Assembly (NCBI GenBank): GCA_010015805.1
Contig: ML978122.1
Span: 496,001 to 560,000, forward strand
DNA from: Rhizodiscina lignyota
Lineage: Eukaryota
Length of the DNA stretch: 64,000 bases
Reading direction: 5' to 3'
In this document: positions 25,842-37,883 of the stretch, piece by piece
Layout of the letters: each line of letters begins with the position of its first letter
Position numbering within the stretch: position 1 is the stretch's first letter
Position numbers and translations under genes: made by a program
The notes under the pieces: generated by a model
The model's input: the letters and a program-made list of their open reading frames with translations, nothing else
Told to the model about the DNA's origin: nothing
Databases searched by the model: none

Positions 25842-26976
25842 ATGGCGCCAGGTGCGGTAGAAGTTCAGCCCATCACACCGATTGCGGTGAAGAAAGAGCT
25901 CAAGAGCTCCAAATCGCCTCTTCCGGAAGTCAAGGAGTTCGATGCGGCGACGTGTACCGTCGACGAGCTCGTCGATGCCCTGCGAGTGGCTGGAGGCGTG
26001 GTAGTAAGGAACATGCTCACCAAGGAGGAGGTAGAGCAAATCGAGGGAGATGTGCGGCCATGGCTAGAGAAGGATGTGCCGTGGGAGAACGGTATCTTTC
26101 GCAACTATGCAAGTACTGGATATCAATCTGATGTGAAGCACAGGCGATTTCTTTCCCCCGGAAACTCGTCGAGCCTGCGGTATGATCACCAAGAGCCGAA
26201 CATTCGCCCTTCGCATCGTTGGACATCCATTATGGCTTGGTGTCACGGATGCGCTCCTCACAAGCACCCAAAAGAACAACTGGGTAAGTCTTGCGGACTG
26301 AGGACTTTGTTCAATAGCTGAATGAAATGCTCCTCCAGGTTGGTGATAAGAACGAGCCCTCAGTGTCTGGGCCTCAGCTTAACAACACTATTGTGTTTTC
26401 AATCGGGCCCGGCGCACGCGATCAGGCACTCCACCGGGACGACCCTATCCACCACCGCGACTGGCCTGCTGTTGCAGAACACGAGCTCGGTCGTGACGGC
26501 GGCATCGGCTTCTTCATTGGGGGCAAGCGAACCACAAGAGAGAATGGCGCCACAAGGTTCATTCCAGGTAGCCATCTGTGGGATTACGCCGAAGGTCCAC
26601 CACGTGAAGACCAAGCATTTTACGCTGAGCTCCAACCCGGTGATGGATTCATGGTCATGAGTGGATGCTTCCACGGCGGAAGCGCGAACAAGACAAAGGA
26701 TGAGGAGAGGTTGGTCTTCTCGACGTTCAGCACGCGTGGATGGATGAGACAGGAGGAGAACCAGTATCTAGCCAACGATATTGAGAAGATCAAGGAGTTG
26801 CCAGAGTGGTTCCAAGAGAGAGTTGGATATGGGCTTAGTCGACCTTTCCTGGGGTGGGTCGATCTGAAGAACCCAATGTTGGTGTTGCATCCGGTGCGTT
26901 GATCCAGCCTGTTCTTGGTATATGTTCTTTCGCTAATCTCCAGCAGGATAAAGCAAAGTACGGCGACTTGTGGTAA
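25842..26976 (+). CDS. Phytanoyl-CoA dioxygenase (PhyH)-family Fe(II)/2OG dioxygenase
   Basis: GGVVVRN, IGPGARDQALHRDD (HxD), NGATRFIPGSHLW, CFHGGSAN (distal His), MRQEENQYL; three introns; last exon ends ...YGDLW TAA at 26976. Confidence 0.92.
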
Positions 26977-27380
26977 GGGAAGAATCCGCAGCTAGACTTG
27001 GACTATGTCTTTCGGAGTATCGTGGAATACGGTTCAAATGATTTGACTTCTGAAGCATTTGTCGACTCCGCTCAAGATCATGAAAATTTCGAAAATTTTG
27101 CTGGTGACGAGGTCGGCTATTTCGAGGATCTGTCAATTGCGCTGTAGAGTGTTGACCTCTTTCGCTTCGACTGCGCATGTGCAACTCTCACACTACTTCC
27201 CCCATGTCTCTTTACGTCTCATTGCCATATCCTAGAATCAGAAGCTGGGCGTCAACTGGAATTTTGAGATGCTCGTTTCGTTCTCTCGGACATGTAGACA
27301 TATATTCATGAGACTCAACTGTAGTGGTTTTGGTCTGGTGTCGCAAAATAATCGAGTGTCTGCTTGGTAACCGTGAAGTC

Positions 27381-29123
27381 TCATCCAAGTAGATATGCCT
27401 TCCCAGATGAAGGTTTGATGATATCACCCCACCATACATCCTTAACTGGATTTTCATCCATAGAAGCCCAGACGAGTTGCATCAAATCCAGAGCGGATTG
27501 GAAGAGCCAGAGTCCAGTCTTATCTTTCCATCGCTTGCAAAAGTCTATCGCGATGCTTCGGAATCGGAACGAGTCCATCTCACAACCTGCAAGGAAGAGC
27601 GGCAATAGGCACTGCTTCTGCGTTGCTGAATTGGCAGGTAGATCATGTATGAGCCACATAATCTCTTCGGCTAGCATGCGGGCTTTCGTTTGCGATGCTT
27701 CACTCTGGTGAAACACACGAGTACAGTAAAGGAGCATCCCAAGCCTCCAACAGTCCGTGAGAGCAGTAATGTTTTTGTCTTGATTCTGGTGGACAGAATC
27801 AAAGCGTGCAAGCCAGAGGCCCATCTCCAAGCGCGTCACATGTCCATCTGGCAATGGCGAAGTGCATGACGCAGCCACGGCAATGTCGTACATGTCCAGA
27901 AATGCTATGTCGGGATACCCGTTGAGGGAGAGAAGGCTCCATTCGGTGTCGACTTGCCATGACATGAGTGCTTCGGAGTATGTTCGTGGAAAAACAGGCC
28001 CTTTGCGAGACAGTAATGCAGCAGTCGTATCGTACCATATCAATTGAGCGATTTGACTCCTGAGCTGCGTGTTGTACTCTGCAAGCTTAATGCCTCCAGA
28101 TGACTCCAGGATCCTGTACGCGCCCCGGAGGTGTATGCTCCAGTCAGATAGCGCAGTTTCTGCGTAATCTAGACCAATAAGAAGCAGTGAGATGGTGATA
28201 CCCATCTCACATGGTATACCATTCACCTTTAAATGAGACGCAAAGCTACACAATGCTCTATCCTTAAGCTCCAGGACTTGAAGACTTTCCGGTTCACCCT
28301 GGAGATGCGCCCGATGCCGCTTTGCCAGAGCAACCACAGCGTCTAATACGAACGGTGCTTCGTGGATCTGAGTGAGACACTGTTGCCAAGGATTGATGCG
28401 GACATCGTAAGTCAAAGTGATTGGGCTGAATTGCCATTTGAAGAAGGATAACTGTTCGCGTATCGCCCGCGGTAACTGAAAAACGGTCGGGTCGAAGTGG
28501 TATATGACCGACTTTATATGTGCATCTCCGTCTGAATGGCGTCGTTCAGACCCCAATGGCAATCTTGCCACGGTAGAAACGGGCTCGCCTACTTCTTCAA
28601 CGTCATCGTCTTCTTCCGGCTCAGGCGGAGACGCAGTCTCTTGGGTTGATGTCGAGATTGCAGGGGTCGACACCGGAGACATTATTTTGTCCTTTGCTTC
28701 ATCGACGTCATCGGCTTGCTGCGATGTTGTGTCCTCTCTCCGCCTGCGCTCAGCAACTTTCCGTGTCCTCCTCCCCTTCTTGGCTCCATTCCTCTGGTCT
28801 TGAACAAATGTAAAGGTTGACGGTTTCGGCAGCTCTTTTGAAGTCTTACTGAGAGACTCGGGGAGAACGGTATTTTGTCTGAAGTTGCGCTGAAATGCAT
28901 GTGGATCCCACTTCAAGACCTGAGTGTATCCGCCACAGGTCATCCCAGCCGTCGTGCATGCGTCGCATCGAGGGCGTCTTCGGTCGCAAGGGCGAGAGTT
29001 CGAGGCACAAGTGTGACAATCAGACTTTGCCCAACCGAGAGAGTTCGTTCGCTTGGTGGTGGGAGGTATGAACTGGCTCCGTGCGGGTGACGCAGCAGAA
29101 GCGGGCGACTGGACGGAAGCCAT
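27381..29123 (-). CDS. Zn(II)2Cys6 transcription factor, ACR-2-like, with fungal-specific TF domain
   Basis: Intronless; LGWAKSDCHTCASNSRPCDRRRPRCDACTTAGMTCGGY; WSIHLRGA, LIWYD, LLPLFLAGCE. Confidence 0.88.
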   Translation of the reverse strand: MASVQSPASAASPARSQFIPPTTKRTNSLGWAKSDCHTCASNSRPCDRRRPRCDACTTAGMTCGGYTQVLKWDPHAFQRNFRQNTVLPESLSKTSKELPKPSTFTFVQDQRNGAKKGRRTRKVAERRRREDTTSQQADDVDEAKDKIMSPVSTPAISTSTQETASPPEPEEDDDVEEVGEPVSTVARLPLGSERRHSDGDAHIKSVIYHFDPTVFQLPRAIREQLSFFKWQFSPITLTYDVRINPWQQCLTQIHEAPFVLDAVVALAKRHRAHLQGEPESLQVLELKDRALCSFASHLKVNGIPCEMGITISLLLIGLDYAETALSDWSIHLRGAYRILESSGGIKLAEYNTQLRSQIAQLIWYDTTAALLSRKGPVFPRTYSEALMSWQVDTEWSLLSLNGYPDIAFLDMYDIAVAASCTSPLPDGHVTRLEMGLWLARFDSVHQNQDKNITALTDCWRLGMLLYCTRVFHQSEASQTKARMLAEEIMWLIHDLPANSATQKQCLLPLFLAGCEMDSFRFRSIAIDFCKRWKDKTGLWLFQSALDLMQLVWASMDENPVKDVWWGDIIKPSSGKAYLLG

Positions 29124-29253
29124 GTGAAATGCTTGAGAGAAGAAGGATTCTGTCGATTTTGAGAAGCATAGCAGAAATGAAACGATCAAAACTGGGAAGA
29201 TAATGAAATGCTACACCACCCAACGCTCAACGCTGCCATCACAAGAGAGATGG

Positions 29254-29398
29254 CTTATCTGGACCGGCAAACGACCAGCATCGTCGTTCGAAGACGCGGA
29301 GTGCATCATTCCATTTCGAGGCAAGTCCCCGTGGCAGGCCCAGGGGAACGATAACCGCGCTTGGGGAGCGCGGGCTCAGGCGTGATAAGCGAGATAAG
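29254..29398. promoter_or_regulatory. Clustered GATA (HGATAR, AreA/NIT2-type) sites in the TF/SDR divergent promoter
   Basis: CTTATCT 29254-29260, CGATAAC 29349-29355, tandem TGATAAGCGAGATAAG 29383-29398. Confidence 0.5.
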
Positions 29399-30058
29399 CG
29401 CCAGCTCATTGCCCCGAGTCAGCATTATAAGAAGACGCTTCACTTCTCTGCGTAAAGTCTCTCACAGCACATCTTGAACATCGTGAACCATCTCGCGCTA
29501 AAAGGCTTGCAGGGAGCATCAATCGGGCCCGACTTCTGAATCTGCAAATCGATCGTAACGCTCGGTTACTGAACGGGAACTATTTTTTGAGCCGCTCTGC
29601 TTCAGGCGGCCAGGTTCCCAGTTCTTGCTTCGAATACTCAGTCTCCGGAGGTAAGGACTGCTACGGCCGAATTGTAGTTACACCATATTGTGGACACCTT
29701 CATCTTTCATTGGTTGAAAGGTTCCGAGATCCACGGCAGCGTATTGCGTCTCTGGGGCCAACACCGGACCCAAAGACAAAGCCTATATCCGCCCCTCTTT
29801 TTTACTCCAAAACGCGCCTGCTTTAGCGGATTTTGGCGGTTTATAGTAGCTTATACGGAGTTAGGGTGGCGTTAAGTGAGGAATAGCAATTTACTAGCCT
29901 TGAGAGCCAGTAGATAGTTAAAGTATATGGGCTCGTGCCCCAATTTTTCACTAACCTTCATATCAACATCGGCATTTTATGTCCCTTCAGTTCATTCCAC
30001 ACAGAAGACACTCCTCACATCCACAAAACTCACAAACCAGAAACCCTTCAGCGATAAA

Positions 30059-30847
30059 ATGTCGACAATCATCCTTATTACTGGTAAGAATAGTCTTGTG
30101 GTTGCATCATCGAACCAACGCTGAATTCCACCAGGAGCCAACTCTGGAGTTGGCTTTTCCTCCACGAAAGTCATCGCCTCCGCTTCATCTGAGTACCACA
30201 TTATTATGGCAGGACGCTCGCTCGAGAAGGTAGAAGCCGCGAAGGCTGAGATCGAGAAGACGGGCATTAAAGGATCTATCAGCACCATACAGTTCGACGT
30301 CACGGACAAGTCATCTATTGATGCCGCTGTGAAGCAAGTCGAATCTGAATTCGGACACATCGATGTGCTCATCAACAACGCTGGCGTTACTTCGCGGAAT
30401 CCGGATCTGAAGGCACAGATTGAGGAGACCATGGCCGCAAATGTCGTTGGTCCTGCATTGGTCTCCCAGGGTTTCCAACCGTTGCTATTCAAATCAAACA
30501 GACCGTACTCTATCTACGTGAGCAGCGGGCTCGGCTCGCTGGAAAGGGCCATAGAGCATCCGATTCCCAACGATCAGTGGACCGTATACAGGATGAGCAA
30601 AGCCGCCCTGGATATGCTCATGGTTCAAGAATACACGGCGCTGAGAGGAAAGGGTGTGAAGGTGTTCGCAATGTGTCCGGGTCTAGTGAGATCAAACTTG
30701 AGAGGCAAGTCGGCAACGGAAGTTAGCGCTGGCGGTGCTGCTGGAGACCCAGACATCTCAGGACACACAATGTTGACCATCGTCCAGGGTGAGAGGGATG
30801 CAGATGCAGGACGTATTGTGCACAAGGATGGCACTTACAACTGGTGA
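30059..30847 (+). CDS. Short-chain dehydrogenase/reductase (carbonyl reductase-like)
   Basis: MSTIILITG, intron, ANSGVG; LINNAG; YRMSK catalytic motif; MCPGLVRSNL. Confidence 0.9.
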
Positions 30848-31489
30848 GGGAGAACCGATCGTCATTTCGGCGGCGTCGCCGCGAAAGTAACTATGCGAGC
30901 CTCATTAGCGGGCATGGATTGCTAACAATATCCGTGACACGACGACTTTATATGGAATAGTATTCTAATGGTTAAACTCCACTCTGCCAACCGCAACGTT
31001 GATTCTGAGGAGATGAAGTTTATAATTGCACCGAATAGGCAATGCAGCTAATTGCGGCTCGCTATGATTATCCTGTTTTAGGCGCTTACAATGATTTTTA
31101 ACGCTGTGCGTTTTAGCGTAAATATGTATGGATTTCTGCGACCAGGACCGGTCCATCGGGCATAATACGAAGAAATGCTGATCAGAATGGGGCCACTCAA
31201 CTGCCGAACGGTCCACCATCTTCTCCTATGAGGGTTAGCGTATTTCCTTAAATGGATAGGCGCAGTACGGAGTATGAGGTCCAGCTATCCTTCCGCCAAG
31301 TCGTCATCATGGAGAGCTTATTTGGAGAGCTTATTTGAACAGCTACCTACAAAACATTTGGATCCAATCGTGCCATTTCCTATTATCCGTTGTCGCTAGA
31401 GCGTTGTGATCTTTCCTTCCCCGTCCCATTTTCCGTCCTCTCATCCAAATAGTTCTCATATCAACGGCCTTGTTTCCATATCCTCAAAC

Positions 31490-32683
31490 ATGCCTCCTCC
31501 ATTCCGAGCCGAGCATATTGGCTCTCTCATTAGACCCCAAATGCTGCTGGATGCTCGTAAAGCCGCACACATAGACCAAAACTTCCAAGGCGTGTCACCG
31601 GAGATCAAGCAAGCTACCGAATCCGCCATCTCCGAAGTCGTGAAGCAGCAACTATCCCGCGATGTCCGCCCCCTCACTACTGGGGAGTTTGAACGTCATA
31701 TCTTCTATGGTGGCTTCTTCGAGAACATTGAGGGTTTTGAGATTCGCGACCTTCCCATTCCGGAGGCATTCCGCACCAACTTTGCACCTACAGCACTCGC
31801 CAAGAAAATGGGTCACGACACTCGCGAGAGCCCAATTGCAACAGGAAAGATGAAGCGGCCTAAGAGTACGTATATGGACGACTGGATGCACTTGAGGAAT
31901 CTGTTACCGGAAGAGCAGTGGAAGGAGTGCAAGTTTACGATGCCACCTCCAACACAATCGCATATTGCTGTCAAACCTGGAATGATTTTCACTCCCGAGT
32001 CTGGATACACGTCTGAGAAGGAGTATTTCTCCGATTTGGCAGAAATATATCGCGAGGAAATGGCAGATCTGTACGATGCCGGCCTCAGGGATATCCAGGT
32101 TGACGATCCGTATATGACATTTCTCCTGGCGGACTGGTACCTCGAAGGTTTACGTTTAGACGGCGAAGATCCGGATGATATCCTGGACATGTATATCTGG
32201 GCGCATAATGAGTGTCTGAAGAGACGTCCCGCAGACTTACATGTTGGCATCCATCTCTGCAGAGGTAACTTCGCTGGACACCACTTCGCAAGCGGATCCT
32301 ATGACAGAATTGCAAAGAAAATGTTCAGTTACCTAGATTACGACACTTATTATCTGGAATACGATACGGAGCGCGCTGGCGGCTTTGAACCTTTGAAGGA
32401 TTTGCCTGTCGGGAAGAACGTGGTTCTCGGTGTGGTCTCTACCAAGACTCCGGAGCTGGAGGATGTCGACGAGTGCGTGGCGAGAATCCATGAGGCAGCT
32501 GATGTGATTGCGAACGGCCAAGGCAGGACCAGGGATGAAGTCTTGAGAGATATGGGCGTGAGCCCTCAATGTGGATTCGGCAGCTTCAGTCTGGCACAAC
32601 CGATGACTGATGATCAACAGTGGGCAAAGTTAGCCCTCGTTCGGCAGATAGCGCAAAAGATATGGGGCAATGAGGCCAAATGA
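31490..32683 (+). CDS. Cobalamin-independent methionine synthase-like protein, catalytic domain only (YxjH/MesD-like)
   Basis: Intronless; FRAEHIGSLIRP, TTGEFER, IQVDDP, zinc-ligand motifs HLCRGN, LEYD and SPQCGF; about 400 aa, lacks the N-terminal folate-binding half of MetE/Met6. Confidence 0.9.
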   Translation: MPPPFRAEHIGSLIRPQMLLDARKAAHIDQNFQGVSPEIKQATESAISEVVKQQLSRDVRPLTTGEFERHIFYGGFFENIEGFEIRDLPIPEAFRTNFAPTALAKKMGHDTRESPIATGKMKRPKSTYMDDWMHLRNLLPEEQWKECKFTMPPPTQSHIAVKPGMIFTPESGYTSEKEYFSDLAEIYREEMADLYDAGLRDIQVDDPYMTFLLADWYLEGLRLDGEDPDDILDMYIWAHNECLKRRPADLHVGIHLCRGNFAGHHFASGSYDRIAKKMFSYLDYDTYYLEYDTERAGGFEPLKDLPVGKNVVLGVVSTKTPELEDVDECVARIHEAADVIANGQGRTRDEVLRDMGVSPQCGFGSFSLAQPMTDDQQWAKLALVRQIAQKIWGNEAK

Positions 32684-32752
32684 GATATGGAGAGTCGTAT
32701 GATCCCGGTAATGAAGTGTGATGGATTAGTGCAATCCTTGCAATATGTCTAT

Positions 32753-35700
32753 TTACAGCTTAACGTAATCATTCAGCTGCCAGCCGTTGGTTTCTCTCAT
32801 CTTCTTGTACCAGTTCTGCACATATGGGAGCGCAACATGTGGGCCGTATGGATCCTTCACCCATGGTGCTGTTGGTGGATCCAATGAAGTCTCTTCCTTG
32901 CAGGACTTGACCAACTCTTCAAGTGTGCCGCCACGGTTGTAAGTCAATTCGGCCCAGGCCTTCGGTCTCTGACTTCTAATTTGATTCCTCAGCTCCTCCG
33001 TTGCCCTTTCGTCAACGCTCCAGTCGCCGGGATTCACAATTACTCCGTAGTTCTTCTTAGCGCCTTCAAGAGTGACCAGGCGCCTGTGCACCTCCTTTGC
33101 GACCTTTTCAGCTGGACGAGTGAGCGGATCACCGAGCCCACCACCACCCCACGTGACCCATTCGAGGACGTCTCCTGGCTTGACGTGGACATAGTCGCAT
33201 TTAGAGGCAATAACCTCTCGATCGGGAGTTGGAGTGCCATAAGTGTTGTTTCGGAAGATCGATTTCACTGAGCGAGAGCCAGGCTCGCCACCATTTACGC
33301 CCCACTGAGACGATGTCAGCATTCAGAACAAGAGACAGAAATCATGCAGGAAGACTTACCGGTTTTGTAAACCATCTATCATCATGAATGCTGACGTCTC
33401 CTTCAGACAGGAAGCGGTACATCGTCCTCTGCGCGTTACCTCCGCGGTAGAAGCCTGGTCCGCCAGAATCTGCTACTGACTCGTTTACCTCAATAATGAG
33501 AGGGAAGTACAGTTCAATATTCTCAGTGGGGACGGATTTGATAGCTGGGAACAAACAGTGGCAGTCCGGGCCATCACCAAGAGGTCTTGCCGGAACGCCT
33601 CCAAAGCCAATCTGGTACAGTAGGAACCACTCGCCATCGGGCTTGAAACCAGAGTAAAACAGATGAGGGCTGTCGGAAAAGCCAGCGGCGCTTCGGAAAG
33701 CCGGATTACGCTGGCCCATCAGGGCTTGAATGACGTCCATGGTACGTCCGAGCAGATGTGTTCGACAACTGATGGCTGCTGGACGAATCGGTCGCAGAAT
33801 GGTACCCTCTGGTATTCTGACGTCAATGAGCTCATGGAAACCATCGTTGACAACTGCGTGTGGGTCATAAACGGCTAGCAGGAAGTAGCCGATGAACATG
33901 CGGAACATCGTCGTGGACAGGTAGTAGTTGACAGATGAGTTCGCCTGCGGAGTCGTACCGTCCCAATCGAAAACCAGCTTGTGGCCCTCTTTGTACATGG
34001 CACATTGAATAGCCAGAGGGCCATTGCCGTGGCCATCATCGTCGATGAAATCAGTGAACTCGCTGCGCTCCGTACCAATCTTTGTGTCGATTAGGTGAGC
34101 GATGGCGGACTTGTTGCGCTCAAGAAGGTCCTCAGTAGCAGCTTGGTAAACTTCGTAGCCATATCTGTCGCAGAGTTCGCACACTCTGACTGCGGCAGTC
34201 TTGCATGCGGCCACGAGAGCAGTGAGATCGCTATCGAACCACTCCGGAATACGGCTGTTGCGGCGGAAGATCTCGACCATAGCTGAGTTGTATTTGCCCC
34301 GCTCATACAGCTTGACACATGGAATCTGAAGGCCGTCTTCGAAAATGGTCGTAGCGTTGACGCTCATTGATCCCGGGACCTTGCCTTGGACGTCTGTTTG
34401 AAGTGACAGTTAGCAGGAGGTTAGAAAGCAAAATCATGACATGAGTGTATGACTTTACCTGTCAAATGCCCGAAATTTGCCGCCCACCCGATAATGTTCC
34501 CCTTCCACCATATGGGAAGCAGGACAATAACATCGTTCAGATGAGAAACGGCGCCTTGGATCGCATAGGTGTCGTTCGTGACAAAAATGTCTCCCTCTTC
34601 GATGGTCCCTTTCCACATTGCCAAGAACTGAGTGATGAAACTGCCAAACTGCCCAACGAGCATTTGCCCTTTCGTATTAGTAATGACGTTGAATTCGTCT
34701 TGTTGATCTCTGATTGCAGGAGACATGGCGCAACGGAGCATGAGGGTATCCATCTCTCTGCGAATCGAGCCAAGAGCGGATGCGACAAGAGTAGAGATGA
34801 GCGGCGAGTCCTTGACAAGCTTTATAGCAGATTCCGAAGTGTGGATGACCTCTTCTTGAAACTGTTGGTGTTCTGAATCTGCAGGCCAGATGAGTATGTT
34901 GCCCACGTTGTCAACTTCGCCCACATAGCCAGGCAGGATCAAGGTGTTCGAGTCCATCTCAGTTACGATGCAAGGTCCCTTGAGCTTGATCCCTTGCTTC
35001 GTGACCTTTGGCCTGTCCCAAATTGTGGCTTCGACACTCTCTCCGTTGTAGTAGATCGTTTGCTTGCTGACGATGGCGTCGCTTGGTGGTTCTGAGCTGG
35101 AACCATGCTCGATCGTCTGAATTTGGACTTCGCTTGAATCATCCACGACCTTAACACGGAGGCGCATCATCTCGATCTCGGCAGTCTCGAGTGAGAAGTT
35201 GAACTGCTGCTCATGCACTACTCCGAAGTATCCGCGTAAAGCCTTCAGCATCTCAGGAGTGTCAAGCTCCAAATCAGAGTGTGAAAAGTCTACAGTGAGT
35301 GATGTTGCTTGTCCTTTGTACCGCATGTCTGCCTGATAGAAGACTTTAAGCGGGGCAGTGTCGTTTGCTAGAGCTCGCTTCATGATATCGATGCAGCTCC
35401 TCCGTAGGTCACCCAGAGTACTGCCCAGGTCTTTGTTGGTTACTTGGGAGAATGTCTTGATATAAGTGCATGATTGCTCGTGAGACATCTTCGTCGTTGC
35501 ATCTCCTTGTGCGCAAAGAACTCCAGGAGAAGGGGGTACGATGACAGGGAATGAGCCCAAGAGCTTGCCAACAGCGTTGGCATGGACGGGTCCGGCACCA
35601 CCGAAGGCAACGAGTGCGAATTTGCGAGGGTCATAGCCCTGCTCGACGGAGACGAGACGCAGTGCGCCATGCATGGACTCATTGACCAAGTCAATAATAC

Positions 35701-37081
35701 CCTCAGCTGCAGCATATTTCGACATGTTCATTCTCTTCGCAACAGCCTCAACAGCGACAGTCGCGGCCTCAACGTCGAGCTTCATTTTGCCTCCAAGTAA
35801 TGTTGATGGGAGATATCCCAAGACCAGATTAGCATCCGTCACAGTTGCCTGAACTCCGCCCTTGCCATAGGCAGCGGGACCCGGATTCGCACCCGCACTT
35901 TCGGGACCAACACGGAGTGTGTTGGTTAGTTCGTTGTAGACTGCGATAGATCCTCCGCCTGCTCCAACCGTGCGCACATCGACGCAAGGAGCTCTGACTG
36001 TCAGACCTCCAACAATAGTCTCGCGGCGGACAACGGGATTAGAGCCAGGAATCAGAGCACAGTCTGTAGAAGTTCCACCCATGTCCAAGGTAATGAGGTT
36101 CTTATATGGGGTATTCTGCGATAAAACATGGGTAACTCCTTTGACGCCTCCAGCGGGGCCACTCATCAGCATGTTAACAGGCAGTTCTCCTGCCAAATGT
36201 GTCGAGGTCAAGTCGCCATCAGACTTCAGGATGCGAATAGTGTCCGTATCGTCCGCAAGCATCTTTGACAAATTGCTTACATACTTCTTCACGATTGGCT
36301 TGACGATGGCGTTGGCAGCGGTGGTAACTGTTCGCTCGTACTCCTGGATCTCTGGAAGCACATCGGTGGAGGTAACAACTTCCACCGAAGGTCCAAACTC
36401 TTCATGGAGTATCTCGCGGATCGCGTCCTCATTGGTCTTATTACTGAACGAATTGAGCAAGCTCACAGCGATTGCCTCTGGCTCCTGGCGCTTCAAGTCC
36501 GCCAAGCTTGCCCTGAATTTCTCCTTGTCTATCGGCCTGATCACCTCTCCATGGATCGAGGTCCGTTCCGGAGCATCGACTGTACGCTCCAATGGGACTA
36601 TTGGATCCGGCTGCTGCCAGTTGATCCAGCCTCCAAGGCCTCCGGGAATCTGTGAGCGACGGAAATTCAAGATATCTTTGTGACCAGATGTAACGACAAG
36701 CCCAGCTTTGGCACCCTTGCCTTCGAGAATGGCGTTCGTTCCAACTGTTGTTCCGTGATGGATATACCTAATCGGCCCTTTAATGATACATTCAGATCAT
36801 GAGCGCTGGAATAGCCGCGGCATACTCAAATTTCCCATCCCAGCCCTCTAGCTCTTTCAATTGCGCTTTGACCTGGTCGACACCATTCTTCACGCCAATA
36901 CTTTGATCTTTCGTGTCTGTGAGGGTTTTTGCTCGCACTGTGCGTCCTTCGGGGGTGATCACACAAACATCTATAAAAGGCGGATTTAGCTCAATTCTGG
37001 CTGGTGAAGTGTCTGTATGAACAAACCTGTGAAGGTGCCCCCAACATCCACGCCCAATCGATACCCTTTTGGAGCCGCCAT
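32753..37081 (-). CDS. ATP-dependent hydantoinase/5-oxoprolinase family, fused HyuA+HyuB type
   Basis: MAAPKGYRLGVDVGGTFTD, HGTTVGTNAILEG, EYERTVTT, MSGPAGG, DMGGTSTD, GAGGGSIA, FGGAGP, ADMRYKGQ; B half SPAIRDQQD, HLND, DSGGPGFYRGG, TWGGGGLGDP; four introns. Confidence 0.92.
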
Positions 37082-37408
37082 ATTCGCAACAATCAGAGAA
37101 GCACAAGGAGACTTCAGACGGGGTCGAACAGACACTCAGGCATGACGCGACTTTTGAGAAGACGCGAATATTCTAGATCCCACGCCATCTTCGTGACGGT
37201 TTCGCGTCCGCAGCATCCGCTTCTGCGGTTCTGGGTAACGCAATCCGAATCAAGAGTCAAGACCCTCAAGCATCTCCGCATTTCCAAAGTTACGGTAATA
37301 GCGTTCATTTCGTGGAGTGGAGATTTACTCGATCGGGAATTTGCCGACAGAGGCACAGAACGACGCTGACCATATGGGCTGGATTTGTCCTGATACTCGG
37401 TCTGTGCC

Positions 37409-37840
37409 CCGATAAGAGAGTCTTGGACCCTCAAGAAATGTACGCAGACGAACCGATTCGACAAGGAAGAGGGACTTAGTTCCGTCTTGGAGAGATCGGT
37501 GGGTTGTTGTAGTAGTAGCTTGCGGACGAGGGAGTACGTAAGTTGAATGTCGTGCTAGCCCCAAAATGACTCGCTATGCGGATAGTGGAGCCGATAAGGA
37601 TCGGCTACTTGTGCCGCTATGAGCCCCCTTAAAGCTGCTAACACTCCACATCCTCACGTGTTGTCCACCATATCGCTGCGAAAAGTCGGCGGACTTCGGG
37701 ATAACAGTTGAGAGCATGCCATTGGATGCCGTAATGGCCAGTCAAACACGCTGTGTACCCATGAAGATATCCGACTTCGGCAAGATTGAGCTATCATGGC
37801 TCCACAAAGAGTTGATGAACTGAGCCTCCACCTCCGATAA
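37409..37840 (+). promoter_or_regulatory. Three CCGATAA motifs in the hydantoinase/amidase divergent promoter
   Basis: CCGATAA at 37409-37415, 37591-37597 and 37834-37840, all in the same orientation. Confidence 0.5.
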
Positions 37841-37883
37841 TCTGGATCGTATGCACAAAGTGTTTGACAATTGAATCGCTAAC

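Noticed and set aside
31311..31336. 13-bp direct repeat GGAGAGCTTATTT x2 upstream of the MetE-like gene, and (CATCAA)3 at about 45311
   Set aside because: Too short to distinguish from ordinary slippage duplications
35970..36683. Long antisense ORFs (this one, also 61555-62235 and 41429-41944)
   Set aside because: They are shadows of codon bias on the strand opposite well-supported genes
37114..37143. Short upstream ORF (MPECLFDPV) before the hydantoinase ATG
   Set aside because: The transcription start is unknown and ORFs this short occur often by chance
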